64,000 nt of DNA from an uncultured cyanobacterium (GTDB lineage: Bacteria; Cyanobacteriota; Cyanobacteriia; CAKZMO01). Positions 32,344 to 42,736 of the stretch are shown here, one piece after another. Location: the NCBI GenBank assembly GCA_963719515.1, contig CAVRCJ010000010.1, positions 128,001 to 192,000 on the forward strand, given 5' to 3'. The notes beneath the pieces are model-generated. The model ran no database searches. It was not told where the DNA came from and was given only the letters and a program-made list of their open reading frames with translations. The position numbers and the translations under genes are program-made. Position 1 is the stretch's first letter; the number at the start of each line of letters is the position of its first letter.

Positions 32344-32541
32344 CTAAATCTAGTGTAGTCCTAGTTTCCTTTCAGTGCCGTCATGCCTCACGCCGCAGTG
32401 CCCAGTGCCGCCATACCCAATCTGTAGGTCTTTCGCGGCAATGACATCCTGCTCAAACCCCTAGGCTCGAAAGCCGCTGTAGCTGTCTACAAAATTGAGC
32501 TAAGCCTGGCACAATAGTGAACACCGGGCGCTTCCATTCGT

Positions 32542-33693
32542 TTGACGATCGCCGACATTACGGAGGCAATTCATTTGAAGCTCGAATCCCAGCAGCACGT
32601 GTCGATCTCGCTGTCGACTCTGTTCTCTATTGTCTCAGTTGGGCTAGCTATCGTGTTGCTTTGGCAGCTGCGGAGCTTGCTCTTACTCTTGCTGATCTCT
32701 ACCGTTTTAGCCTCGGCGATCGCCCCTATTGTCAACTGGGCCGAGCAGTGGCGTATTCCCCGCTGGGTCACGGTGCTTTTGGTTTACCTCACGCTCATTG
32801 GCGGGCTAACGGGGTTTGGCATTCTCATTGGTCCCTCCCTATTTGAGCAAATTCAGCGCCTCATTCGCCAGGTGCCCCTTTCCCTCGACAATGTCTTAGT
32901 CACCCTAGAGGATTTGGCTACCCGTCAAGGCGACAATCGCCCTGACTTGGTGAGCGACTTGTTTAGACAAATCATTGATGTGCAAGGGCTAACCACCTGG
33001 GCCATCCGCTCGACCCAGCAGCTGCTGAGACGGTCGGTCAGCATTACGACGGGGCTAGTTGGCGGTGTTTTTAGCGTAGTGCTCGCCATTTTTATCTCCG
33101 GCTATATGGTTTCCGACAGCCGCAAGCTGATCCGCGGCCTCGTCAGCCTCTTGCCCCAGCCCTGGGATGAGCGCCTCGCTGCCCAAATGGCCCCCATTGG
33201 CGATCGCATCGGCAGCTACGTGCGGGGGCGCATTTTAGTGTCCGCGATTTTGGGCGTGCTGATTACGACCACGCTGCGGTTTCTGGGGCTGTCTGAGTTT
33301 GCCCTAGGTCTTGGGGCGATCGCCGGGGTTACCAATCTCATTCCGTTTATTGGACCGTTTCTTGGGGCGATTCCGGCGTTGACCATTGCGATTTCCCAGG
33401 GCTGGTGGACTATCCTTTGGGTTGCGGTCCTGTTTGTCGTCGTGCAAAACCTCGAAACCTACGTCCTTGATCCGCTACTGGTGGGCTCGTCGGTGGGGGT
33501 GCATCCGCTCTATCAGCTGCTTGCGGTGCTGGGGGGGACCCAGGTGCTGGGAATTATCGGGGCCATTATCGTGCCCCCTTGGATTGCGGGGGCGGCGGTG
33601 CTGGTAGAAAACCTGTACCTGCAGCCTAAGCTGCGAATGGAGAAGCGGGCGGCAAGGCGGGTCACGGCCAAAGCGCCCGTAGTCAGCGGGTAG
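32542..33693 (+). CDS. AI-2E family transporter
   Basis: P.VNW.E..RIPR, YVRGR, NLIPFIGP, QNLETYVLDP..VG..VGVHP. Confidence 0.9.
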   Translation: MTIADITEAIHLKLESQQHVSISLSTLFSIVSVGLAIVLLWQLRSLLLLLLISTVLASAIAPIVNWAEQWRIPRWVTVLLVYLTLIGGLTGFGILIGPSLFEQIQRLIRQVPLSLDNVLVTLEDLATRQGDNRPDLVSDLFRQIIDVQGLTTWAIRSTQQLLRRSVSITTGLVGGVFSVVLAIFISGYMVSDSRKLIRGLVSLLPQPWDERLAAQMAPIGDRIGSYVRGRILVSAILGVLITTTLRFLGLSEFALGLGAIAGVTNLIPFIGPFLGAIPALTIAISQGWWTILWVAVLFVVVQNLETYVLDPLLVGSSVGVHPLYQLLAVLGGTQVLGIIGAIIVPPWIAGAAVLVENLYLQPKLRMEKRAARRVTAKAPVVSG

Positions 33694-33746
33694 GGACAGA
33701 GGGCCAATTTGCCCCTACAATATGCCTGTGTTGACGTAGATAACCC

Positions 33747-34955
33747 ATGCGCATCAGGCGTTCTTTTTGGCTGCTGGCTAGCCTCATCCTCTGCTTGAGC
33801 CTGTCGTGCGGCCAGCGCGGGCAAGACATCCCAGCGGCCGATTCTATGCCGCCAAAGACGGCTCCAGCCGCCGAGCCTAGAGGTGACTCCCGAGGGGCCA
33901 CAGCGCCACAGCTGCCGCCAGAAACCGCAGCGATCGCCTCTAGCGTGGCGGGAGGCCTGGTCAATCCTCCCAAGGGAGACTTGCGCCTAGCGGTAATCAG
34001 CGACCTCAACGGCGCGTATGGCTCGACGGATTATGACCCTGAAGTGGATAAAGCGATCGCTCTGATGCCGCTCTGGGATCCAGATATAGTGCTGTGCAGC
34101 GGCGACATGGTGGCTGGACAAAGCCCTACCCTCACGGTAGAAGAGATTCGCGCGATGTGGGCCGCCTTTGATGCCCATGTCGCCGCCCCTCTGCGGCAGG
34201 CGCAGCTGCCCTACGGATTTACCGTTGGCAATCACGATGCTTCTAGCGCTCGGGGGCAGGGGGGAAGCTTTTTGTTTGCGCAAGAGCGGGATTTGGCGGC
34301 GGAATACTGGAACGACCCGGCCCACGATCCGGGACTCCAGTTTAGCGATCGCCACCAGTTTCCCTTTTTCTATAGCTTTACGTTTGAAGATGTCTTTTTT
34401 CTAGCCTGGGACGGTTCGTCCAGCTCCCTCTCCGATGAAGAGCTGGCCTGGGTGGAGCAGGCCCTCGCCAGCCCCGAGGCTCAGAACGCCAAGCTGCGCA
34501 TCCTGCTGGGGCACCTGCCGCTCTATGCCGTGGCCATTGGGCGAGACAGTCCCGGTGAGGTAATGGAGAACGCCGACGTCCTGCGGGCTCTGTTGGAGCA
34601 GTACAACGTCCATACCTATATCAGCGGTCACCAGCACGCCTATTACCCCGCCCGTCGGGGTGACCTGCAGCTGCTGCACACGGGCCTGTTGGGGTCTGGT
34701 CCTCGTCCGCTCATTGCCGGTAACCTGCCTCCCGGCAAGACATTGACAATTATCGACATCACCTTCGACGTGCCGCAAGCCCTCTACACAACCTACGACA
34801 TGGAGACCCTGGGGCTTATTGAGCTGCAGCAGCTACCCCGCTACCTAGTGGGCCACAACGGGATGGTGCTACGGCGGGACGTGGCGTGGAAAGACCTAGA
34901 GGACTGGGAGCAAGCAGACTGTCTGCAGCAGCACGGCGAGGCCTGTGGCCCCTAA
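33747..34955 (+). CDS. Calcineurin-like metallophosphoesterase, probable lipoprotein
   Basis: SDLN, GDMV, GNHD, GH, SGHQH motifs; lipobox LSLSC. Confidence 0.88.
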   Translation: MRIRRSFWLLASLILCLSLSCGQRGQDIPAADSMPPKTAPAAEPRGDSRGATAPQLPPETAAIASSVAGGLVNPPKGDLRLAVISDLNGAYGSTDYDPEVDKAIALMPLWDPDIVLCSGDMVAGQSPTLTVEEIRAMWAAFDAHVAAPLRQAQLPYGFTVGNHDASSARGQGGSFLFAQERDLAAEYWNDPAHDPGLQFSDRHQFPFFYSFTFEDVFFLAWDGSSSSLSDEELAWVEQALASPEAQNAKLRILLGHLPLYAVAIGRDSPGEVMENADVLRALLEQYNVHTYISGHQHAYYPARRGDLQLLHTGLLGSGPRPLIAGNLPPGKTLTIIDITFDVPQALYTTYDMETLGLIELQQLPRYLVGHNGMVLRRDVAWKDLEDWEQADCLQQHGEACGP

Positions 34956-34964
34956 CTTTGGCTA

Positions 34965-35930
34965 TCAGGCCAATCGCTTTAGCAGGTAGTGACGCAGCTT
35001 CTTTTTGCGTTTGCAGCGATACATCGCCTGGTCAGCGCATTCCCAAGCGTCCCACAATCCATTACTAGGACTTCGAAAAGCCATCCCAAAGGAGGCCTCG
35101 ATTCCCTTGAGCGCAAAGCTCCTGCGGATTCGCTTCAGCAAGGACTCGCCAACGGCCAGCGTACAGACCGTGCTCAAAATAGCGAACTCATCGCCCCCCA
35201 CTCGAGCCACGATATCGTGCTGACGCACAGCGTTCCGAATGAGCTGGCCCGCTTGACGGATTACCCGGTCTCCTTCCACATGGCCCTGACAGTCGTTGAT
35301 TTCCTTTAGCCCGTCCAAATCAACGGCGATGATGCAGGCGGAGTACCCCTGTCGCCGACATCGGGCCTCCTCTTCAACCAGCCTCCGGTTCCAGCCCCGA
35401 CGATTGTAAAGGTCGGTCAGGACGTCTTTCATCGCTACAGCTTCTGCTTGCTCAGCCTGTTTTGCCTGCTGTGCCAGCTTTAGGTCGGCGTCGAGCAGGC
35501 GGCTAAGTAGCTCAGCTATCGCTTCAACTAGGGGGAGCTTGGATGCGATCGCGTCGGGCTGAGGTTCGGGATGGATGGCGCAAAGCGTTCCGAATAAGGA
35601 GCCATCGCTGTAGAGCAACGGAACGCCTATGTAGGATTCGATGCTTATCTGCTCCCCGATGGGAGCGCTGTTATACGCTGGAATATCTCTAGAGCGAGGG
35701 GCAATCCGGGGGCCTTTGCCGGCTATCATCCACCAGCAGAAGGAGTCCAACCACCGAAAATTTTCGCCTTCTGCGATGCCATACCCTTGATCTTGAGCCT
35801 GTAAAACAATCCAATCGGTCTGTTTGACCTGGGTCACCATCCACAGGTCGAACCCAATCCATTTTTGAAGAAACGCTAACGCCTCACGGGCGGCGGCATC
35901 GAAGTGAGCAGAGATGGTGGCATCAACCAT
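34965..35930 (-). CDS. GAF + GGDEF diguanylate cyclase
   Basis: SYIGVPL...GTLCA (GAF), DVLTDLYNRR, DLDGLK.IND..GH..GD, RQHD I-site, GGDEF. Confidence 0.92.
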   Translation of the reverse strand: MVDATISAHFDAAAREALAFLQKWIGFDLWMVTQVKQTDWIVLQAQDQGYGIAEGENFRWLDSFCWWMIAGKGPRIAPRSRDIPAYNSAPIGEQISIESYIGVPLLYSDGSLFGTLCAIHPEPQPDAIASKLPLVEAIAELLSRLLDADLKLAQQAKQAEQAEAVAMKDVLTDLYNRRGWNRRLVEEEARCRRQGYSACIIAVDLDGLKEINDCQGHVEGDRVIRQAGQLIRNAVRQHDIVARVGGDEFAILSTVCTLAVGESLLKRIRRSFALKGIEASFGMAFRSPSNGLWDAWECADQAMYRCKRKKKLRHYLLKRLA

Positions 35931-36090
35931 TGGTTAACCGTTCCGCAGTCTGTGAGGCAGGTTGCTTAGGACAATAATAAACGGCTAAATAAAATTTGTC
36001 TTACCAGACGATTAGATTTTTGGAACTCTAGCGCGGCAGTCCCTAATCTCAGCGCAGCGGATTAGGGAAGGATAGGGGATGGCGGAGCCG

Positions 36091-36501
36091 TCAATCAGTC
36101 GGTGCATCTTGGCGGTGGATGTATTGTTTAAGCATTTCGATTGGGGCTCCGCCAGCGCTAGCGACATAGTAAGCGTTGGACCAAAACGCTTTATGTCCCC
36201 CGTAGTGTTCTTTGTACTGCTGGGGAAATTCTTTTTTCATGGTGCGGCTGGTTGCGGCTTTAAGGCTGCCAACGAGCGCAGAGATTGAGTTGCGTGGATG
36301 GAAGTCAACAAGTAGGTGGATGTGGTCCGCTTCCCCTGAGAACTCCAGCACCCTACACCCCATCTTCACGCAGACCTGAGAAATCATTTCCTCAATCCTA
36401 GTAAGCATTTCAGAGTCGATGGCTTTGCGCCTGTAGTGCGTTACGAATACTAGGTGCAGGTGCACACTAAAAACGCTGTGACTTCCTTTTCTTGTTGGCA
36501 T
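36091..36501 (-). CDS. tnpA: IS200/IS605 Y1 transposase TnpA
   Basis: HLVFVTHYRR, EADHIHLL (HUH), FWSNAYY, LKQYI (catalytic Tyr); ATG at 36501. Confidence 0.93.
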   Translation of the reverse strand: MPTRKGSHSVFSVHLHLVFVTHYRRKAIDSEMLTRIEEMISQVCVKMGCRVLEFSGEADHIHLLVDFHPRNSISALVGSLKAATSRTMKKEFPQQYKEHYGGHKAFWSNAYYVASAGGAPIEMLKQYIHRQDAPTD

Positions 36502-36530
36502 TTGAGCTAGGTGTAGGCTATTATGGGCAC

Positions 36531-37788
36531 ATGGTAACAACTCGCCGCGTCACTTTCAAGCTGTATCCGTCCGCCACTAAGGCGGCGAAGCTGCATGATG
36601 CGCGAAAGTTACACCAGTATCTGTACAATGCCGCACTAGCAGATCGCCGCGATATGTATAAGCGGTGGGGCGTCTCGGTGGACTACTTTGCTCAGCAAAA
36701 CTGTTTGCCAGCATTTAAGAGAGAGTGGCCTGAGTACAAAGGGCTAGCCAGTCACGCCTTGCAAGCGACTCTAAAGCGGGTTGACCTAGCATTTCAGGGC
36801 TTTTTCAATGGCCTGCGGGGTTACCCCAAATTCAAGGCATTCCGCTACTACAGAGGTTGGACATATCCTTGCAAGTCAGGATGGAAAGCCCATACCGATG
36901 GTACAAATGGCTACTTGGAGCTGAGAGATTTGGGGTTGCGCATTCAGATGCGCGCTCAGGCCAGAACTTGGGGAAAGCCAACCATCTGCACTATCGTCTA
37001 CAGCGCCGTTGAGGATTGCTGGTATACCAGCATCACGGTCAAATGCAGCCCGGTGCGGGAGACAGGGACAGGCGCTATCGGTGTGGACCTGGGCTGCAAA
37101 GATGCCATATCGTTCTCGGACCGCACCAAAGAGCGCAAGCCTCAATTTATCGCCGAGGGCGACCGGGCCGTTAAGCGACTGAGCAAGTCCCTGCAAAGGA
37201 AGCGCCGCCCTGACCGGCGTGGTGGGGTGCGTGGCTCTCGCAGATGGAAAGCAGCGCAACAAAAGATTTCTAGTCGCAAGCGAACAGTGAAGCGCCAGCG
37301 CGAGGATTGGCTTCACCAGGTAACCAGCAGCATAGTACGCGATAACAGCCTAGTTGCTGGCGAACAACTCAACGTCAAGGGCATGACTCGCAAGGCCCAG
37401 AAGGGTAAGCGGAAAAAGCAAAAGGCCGGTCTCAACCGCTCTATCTTGTCGGTAGGGTTTGCCGAGATTGGCAAGCTGCTATCCTACAAAGAGGCTGAGG
37501 CCGGTGGCTTCTATGTCGAGTCACCTACCCGGCAGCTTAAGCCTACTCAGCGGTGTGCTGTGTGCTGACAGACGACGCCCAAGACGATGGCTGAGCGCAC
37601 TCACGTATGCCAGCACTGCGGTCATGTTGAGGACCGCGATACCAATGCAGCCCAGGTCAACTCTGATCTGGGCCAAGGGGCACGAACTGTCCTTAAGCCG
37701 TCGATCCACTAGCTCCACTGATTGCCGAAGCATGAAGCGCCTAGCGGAAATGAAACGTGCGAAACGTCTAGCTCAGCCTTGCGGCTAG
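36531..37788 (+). pseudogene. tnpB: TnpB RNA-guided nuclease, disrupted
   Basis: GVDLG and AGEQLN are intact. TGA at 37566-37568 replaces the Trp (TGG) seen in the second copy and cuts off half the Zn finger and DRDTNAA. There is a further +1 at about 37662. Confidence 0.85.
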
Positions 37789-37975
37789 ACGTAGTTCATG
37801 AACCATTTCTTGCCGAAAGCGGCGCACAAGAGACAGGACTGCGCCGGATGTCGCCCTCTGTCCAACCCTATACCCATTGTGTAAATCTGTTGACCGTCTG
37901 AAGTATTGCGGCTTTCGGTCATAAAGATCCACATAATGGTCAAAGCTACTGTCATAGAGGATTCTCACGTCTCAA

Positions 37976-38128
37976 ATGACTGCGATTGATGATAGAGAAC
38001 TCGATCGATACGATAGTGAATGGGTTGAGACGGACATCATGGTTCAAAAACTGCGGCGAGTCGGCGTTGACCTATTTCAGGGTCATGTCTTTGGTCGCCC
38101 GGCTCCGCTCGATGAGCTAGTGCTTTGA
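37976..38128 (+). pseudogene. C-terminal relic of an EAL phosphodiesterase domain
   Basis: EWVETDIMVQKLRRVGVDLFQGHVFGRPAP matches the EAL C-terminal (A)E(G/W)VET...GVD..QG..F..P pattern; the upstream part is decayed. Confidence 0.7.
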
Positions 38129-38262
38129 CGCTCTGTATGCTGGGCTGTGGCTTTAAATTACGTTCGATAGACAAGCGCCGTGCTATCGATTGTTCAGACA
38201 GTAGGCAGAGCCATACGCCGGTATACTAAACACCTCGTTCTCAATCTCTATCGCCGTCTGCC

Positions 38263-39774
38263 ATGCCGTCTGACTATTTAGAGCGCATTTTGACCGCCCG
38301 CGTCTACGACGTTGCCCAAGAAACCCCCTTAGAGTTAGCGCCTAATCTGTCCGCTCGGCTTGACAACCGGCTGTTGCTCAAGCGTGAGGATATGCAGTCT
38401 GTCTTTTCGTTCAAGCTGCGGGGCGCTTACAACAAGCTGGCGCAGCTGTCCGCCGAGCAGCTCTCGCGGGGAGTGATCGCTTCCTCCGCGGGAAACCATG
38501 CTCAGGGGGTGGCGTTGGGGGCGCAGTGGTTGGGGGTCAAGGCGCTGATCGTCATGCCCGTGACTACCCCCCAAGTCAAGGTTCAGGCTGTGAAGGCGCG
38601 GGGGGCGGAAGTGGTGCTACAGGGCGAGACCTATGACGATGCCTATGCCTACGCACGCCAGCTTGAGGCCGACAAAGGATTAGTCTTCATTCATCCGTTT
38701 GACGACCCCGACGTGATCGCGGGTCAGGGCACCATCGGCATGGAGATTTTGCGCCAGCATCAGCAGCCGATTCATGCCGTCTTCGTGGCCATTGGCGGCG
38801 GCGGGCTGATTTCGGGCATTGCGGCCTATATGAAGCGGCTGCGCCCAGAGATCAAGATTATCGGGGTAGAGCCGGTGGATGCTGACGCCATGGCGCGATC
38901 GCTCGAAGCCGGCCACCGGGTTCGTTTGGAGCAGGTCGGCCTGTTTGCCGATGGGGTAGCGGTGCGGGAGGTGGGGGTGGAGACCTTTCGCCTATGCCAG
39001 CTGTATGTGGATGAGGTGATTCGGGTAGAGACGGACGATGCCTGCGCCGCCATCAAAGACGTGTTCGAAGACACGCGCTCGATTTTAGAACCCGCTGGGG
39101 CGCTGGCGATCGCCGGGGCGAAAGCCTACGTAGAGCGGGAGCAAATTCAAGGCCAAACCCTCGTGGCGGTAGCCTGTGGCGCTAACATGAACTTCGACCG
39201 GCTGCGGTTTGTAGCGGAGCGAGCGGAGCTAGGAGAGCGTAGGGAGGCGATTTTCGCCGTCACTATTCCTGAAAAACCCGGCAGCCTGCGCACGTTTTGC
39301 CACTGCATCGGCACCCGCAACGTCACTGAGTTCAACTATCGCATCGCTGACCATCAGGTGGCCCATATTTTTGTCGGGCTGCAGATCGCCAATCGCGCCG
39401 ACGCCGCCCAAATGGCCGCTACCTTCGAGGCCAACGGCTTTGAGACCTACGACCTCACCGATGATGAGCTCGCAAAAATGCACCTGCGCCATATGGTCGG
39501 GGGGCGATCGCCTTTGGCCCAAAACGAGCTGCTTTATCGGTTTGAGTTTCCAGAGCGCCCCGGCGCGCTGACTCGGTTTGTAGACACCATGGGGCCCAAC
39601 TGGAATATCAGCCTGTTCCACTACCGCAACAACGGGTCCGACTACGCTCGCATTGCAGCGGGTATTCAGGTCCCCCCGGAGGATACCTTGGAGTGGCAAA
39701 CCTTTCTAGAGGGCCTAGGCTATCGCTATTGGGATGAAAACGAAAATCCAGCCTATCGTCTGTTTTTGGGGTGA
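38263..39774 (+). CDS. ilvA: Threonine ammonia-lyase, biosynthetic
   Basis: KREDMQSVFSFKLRGA, SAGNHAQG, GGGGL, GANMNFDRLRFVAER, ACT-like regulatory domains. Confidence 0.97.
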   Translation: MPSDYLERILTARVYDVAQETPLELAPNLSARLDNRLLLKREDMQSVFSFKLRGAYNKLAQLSAEQLSRGVIASSAGNHAQGVALGAQWLGVKALIVMPVTTPQVKVQAVKARGAEVVLQGETYDDAYAYARQLEADKGLVFIHPFDDPDVIAGQGTIGMEILRQHQQPIHAVFVAIGGGGLISGIAAYMKRLRPEIKIIGVEPVDADAMARSLEAGHRVRLEQVGLFADGVAVREVGVETFRLCQLYVDEVIRVETDDACAAIKDVFEDTRSILEPAGALAIAGAKAYVEREQIQGQTLVAVACGANMNFDRLRFVAERAELGERREAIFAVTIPEKPGSLRTFCHCIGTRNVTEFNYRIADHQVAHIFVGLQIANRADAAQMAATFEANGFETYDLTDDELAKMHLRHMVGGRSPLAQNELLYRFEFPERPGALTRFVDTMGPNWNISLFHYRNNGSDYARIAAGIQVPPEDTLEWQTFLEGLGYRYWDENENPAYRLFLG

Positions 39775-39981
39775 TGGGGCTCTCGCTCAGGCAGCGCAGT
39801 GTCCTGTCTCTAACAATTTCTACAACGACTTTTACGCAAGGGGGTTGCGCTTTCCATAGCAGGCTGTAACGCCCGACGTAAACTTTTTTTGCCCAATCCC
39901 CCCAGCTCAATTCGGGGTTGATACAGTCAAAAAAGATTTGGATTTGAAATCTATCTCATAAAGGCAGCAAATCGGCTAAGT

Positions 39982-40299
39982 ATGAAACACTATTGCGACG
40001 ACTGGATTCAAGAGTGGTGCCAAGATAATGGCTGGACTGAGCCGGTCATGAATCCTATCAACGCCTACTGGGCTTTTCCGCCAAACGCAGTGATGCCCGA
40101 GCCAATCCCCTTTTCGACCCTAAGAACCATCAAGGCTCGGAAAGGCCTAACGCCCCAAGAAACCCGATGGACGAGTGCGGCGATCGCCGTCAGCGTTTTG
40201 GCGATGGGGATGAGCTATTGGCTAAACTGCCCGCTGCCGCTGCTGGCGGGGTTTGCCTTTGCGGCGTTTGTGGTAGCTAGCCTAGAAGTGGAAGAGTAG
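39982..40299 (+). CDS. Hypothetical membrane protein (cyanobacterial type)
   Basis: HYCDDWIQEWCQDNGWT...YWAFPPNAVMPEPIP plus two C-terminal TM segments. Confidence 0.75.
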   Translation: MKHYCDDWIQEWCQDNGWTEPVMNPINAYWAFPPNAVMPEPIPFSTLRTIKARKGLTPQETRWTSAAIAVSVLAMGMSYWLNCPLPLLAGFAFAAFVVASLEVEE

Positions 40300-40370
40300 C
40301 GGGCTGACACCCCTGTCGGCAGCGCCAGCTGCTCACCTATGGCCATTGCCCAATCACGCAGACGTTTTAA

Positions 40371-41723
40371 TTACGCAGGCGTTCGCTCTCGCTCTTTTAC
40401 CGTTTGATTAGCCGTCGGCAACCGCAGGTTGAACGCCTCTGGCCCCGTAATTAGCCTTGCTCCGCCCTTGCGGGTGAAGTAGTTCCAGGCCCATTGAGTC
40501 ATTACTACCAGCTTGTTATCAAACTCGATTAGGTAGTAGATGTGGGCAAAGATCCACACTAGCCACGCAAAGAAGCCCGAGAATTTTACAAAGCCCAGGT
40601 CTACCACGGCGGCGTTTTTGCCGATAACGGCCAGGCTACCCCGGTCGATGTAGCGAAATTCAGGAACGGACTTCTCCGCCAGGCGAGTCTTGATCAGCTT
40701 CGCCATATACTGACCCTCCTGCATGGCCACTGGGGCTACCCCCGGCAGCGGGCGATCGCCCTGGTGCGACACATGGGCCAAATCGCCGATCACGAAGATG
40801 CTGTCATCGTTTTCCAGGTGCAGGCGGGGCCCTACCATCACTCGGCCCGCCCGGTCTAGCTCCGCTCCGGTGCGAGATTCTAGCACTTTGCCCATCTTCG
40901 AGGCCCGCACCCCGGCAGCCCAGAGCACTGTGCGTGCGCCAATGGTTTCGGTGGTGCCGTCTTTTTTCTTGAGGGTCACCCCTTCTGGCTGGACGTCGGT
41001 CACCAGAGAGTTGGTGACTACGGTAACGCCCAGACCCTCTAGCGACTCGGCCGCCCGCGCAGATAAAGAAGGATCGTAGGGGGGCAGCACCCGGTCCATA
41101 CCTTCGACCAAAATGATGCGAGACTTGCGGGTGTCGATGCGGCGGAAATCCTGCGGCAAAATGTTGTAGGCCAGCTCGGCGATCGCCCCCGCTAGCTCTA
41201 CTCCGGTGGGTCCCCCGCCCGCAATCACAAACGTCAGCCACTCCGCCTGCTTTTCTGGGTCAGCTTCCTTCTCTGCCGCCTCAAAGGCCATGAAGATGCG
41301 GCGACGAATTTCTAGGGCGTCTTCCACGGTCTTGAGGCCAGGGGCGTCCTCTTGCCAGTGGTCGTTGCCGAAGTAGTGGTGGCTGACCCCAGTTGCCATG
41401 ATCAGGGTGTCGTAGGGTACGGTCTCGTGCTTGCAGAGCACCTGCTTTTCATCGGGATCAATATCCACCACTTCATCCAGCAGCACCTTTGTGTTGCGGT
41501 TGCGGCTGAGGATGCCCCGCAGCGGGGAAGAAATGTCGGCGGGGGAGACGGTGCCGGTGGCCACTTGGTAGAGCAGTGGCTGAAAGAGGTGGAAGTTGCG
41601 GCGATCGATGAGAGTGACATCGACAGGGGCTTTGCCGAGGGCTTTAGCGGTATATAGCCCGCCGAAGCCACCTCCCACTATGACAACGCGATGGGCCTGC
41701 TGAACCGGATTTTCCATTTGCAT
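40371..41723 (-). CDS. Type II NADH dehydrogenase (NDH-2)
   Basis: GGGFGG, FQPLLYQVATG, GGGPTGVELAG, WAAGV, IGD, APVAMQEG. Confidence 0.92.
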   Translation of the reverse strand: MQMENPVQQAHRVVIVGGGFGGLYTAKALGKAPVDVTLIDRRNFHLFQPLLYQVATGTVSPADISSPLRGILSRNRNTKVLLDEVVDIDPDEKQVLCKHETVPYDTLIMATGVSHHYFGNDHWQEDAPGLKTVEDALEIRRRIFMAFEAAEKEADPEKQAEWLTFVIAGGGPTGVELAGAIAELAYNILPQDFRRIDTRKSRIILVEGMDRVLPPYDPSLSARAAESLEGLGVTVVTNSLVTDVQPEGVTLKKKDGTTETIGARTVLWAAGVRASKMGKVLESRTGAELDRAGRVMVGPRLHLENDDSIFVIGDLAHVSHQGDRPLPGVAPVAMQEGQYMAKLIKTRLAEKSVPEFRYIDRGSLAVIGKNAAVVDLGFVKFSGFFAWLVWIFAHIYYLIEFDNKLVVMTQWAWNYFTRKGGARLITGPEAFNLRLPTANQTVKERERTPA

Positions 41724-41928
41724 ACCGCCGTCCCTTAAATGCAAGGTGCTTACTGTTCTTGACTTTAGAGAAATCTGCAGATCGTCGATGAAGTCGATGC
41801 TACCGTCTATTGGCTCAATATTACAAAAAATTAACTCTATTGTCTTTAGATTGAGCTGGGATTTACAAAAACTTGGTACACTGCATGGGCCGTTTTGATT
41901 CGAGACCTATTCCCCTCGTGACTTTGCT

Positions 41929-42021
41929 CTCCGGTGGCTCTGTTCTCTGGTGGCCCTGTTCTCTGGTGGCCCTGTTTTTCAGCGGCCCTGTTTTTCAGCG
42001 GCTTTCTCAGGCGGCTCTGTT
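41929..42021. repeat. Degenerate tandem 16-bp repeat, about 5-6 copies (CTCTGGTGGCCCTGTT)
   Basis: Consecutive 16-mers immediately upstream of the bioM-like start. Confidence 0.8.
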
Positions 42022-42040
42022 CTTCGGCGATCGCCCTTCC

Positions 42041-42736
42041 GTGATTGAACTCCAGCGCATCTCCCATTGGTTTGAGGCCTCTCGTCCCGTTTTGCGCGAC
42101 ATCACCCTCCAGCTTTGCGAGCCGCGCATCGGCATTATCGGCAGCAACGGCTCCGGTAAAAGCACCCTGGCCCGCCTCCTGAATGGGCTGATTCTCCCGG
42201 CGCGGGGGCGAGTGCTAGTAGATGGTCTCGACACCCGCAAGCAGGTGCGCTTGGTGCGCCGCCGGGTGGGGTTTGTGTTCCAGAACCCGGATAGCCAAAT
42301 TATTTTGCCCACTGTTGAAGAGGACGTCGAATTTGGGCTGAAGATTTTGAAGATTCCCCCAGCTGTTCGGCGGCAGCGGGTTAGCGATATCCTGGTCCGC
42401 TATGGCCTGGAGGTGATGCGCCATCAGCCTGTTCAGACGCTCAGCGGCGGGCAAAAGCAGCTGTTGGCGATCGCGGCTGTGATGGTGATGGAGCCGCAGT
42501 ACGTGGTGTTTGATGAGCCCACCACCCTGCTCGATCTGCGCAATCGCAACCTCGTGCAGCGGCTGCTGCGGGGTCTATCGCAGTCCATCGTAGTGGTGTC
42601 CCACGATTTAGATCTGCTGCTGGATTTTGACCGCGTCATCGTGCTGCAGTTGGGGCGAGTGGTGAAAGACGACAGGCCAGCGGCGGCGATCGCCTACTAC
42701 CGGCAGCTCATGACTGAAAGCTCTGACCCGTGCTAG
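42041..42736 (+). CDS. bioM: ECF transporter ATPase (BioM-like)
   Basis: GSNGSGKS, VFQNPDSQI, LSGGQKQ, FDEPT; GTG start at 42041; adjacent to bioY. Confidence 0.8.
   Translation: MIELQRISHWFEASRPVLRDITLQLCEPRIGIIGSNGSGKSTLARLLNGLILPARGRVLVDGLDTRKQVRLVRRRVGFVFQNPDSQIILPTVEEDVEFGLKILKIPPAVRRQRVSDILVRYGLEVMRHQPVQTLSGGQKQLLAIAAVMVMEPQYVVFDEPTTLLDLRNRNLVQRLLRGLSQSIVVVSHDLDLLLDFDRVIVLQLGRVVKDDRPAAAIAYYRQLMTESSDPC

Larger units (their letters stand above)
36026..37799 (+). mobile_element. IS605-group element with divergent tnpA and tnpB
   Basis: Left-end hairpin CCCTAATC/GATTAGGG (36041-36067) follows guide CAGT. Right-end hairpin CGTCTAGC/GCTAGACG follows GAAA and the element ends in TTCAT. Confidence 0.88.

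Noticed and set aside
32111..32347. 78-aa ORF inside the mini-element
   Set aside because: It is antisense to the inferred RNA, has no recognisable motif and runs through the terminal hairpin.
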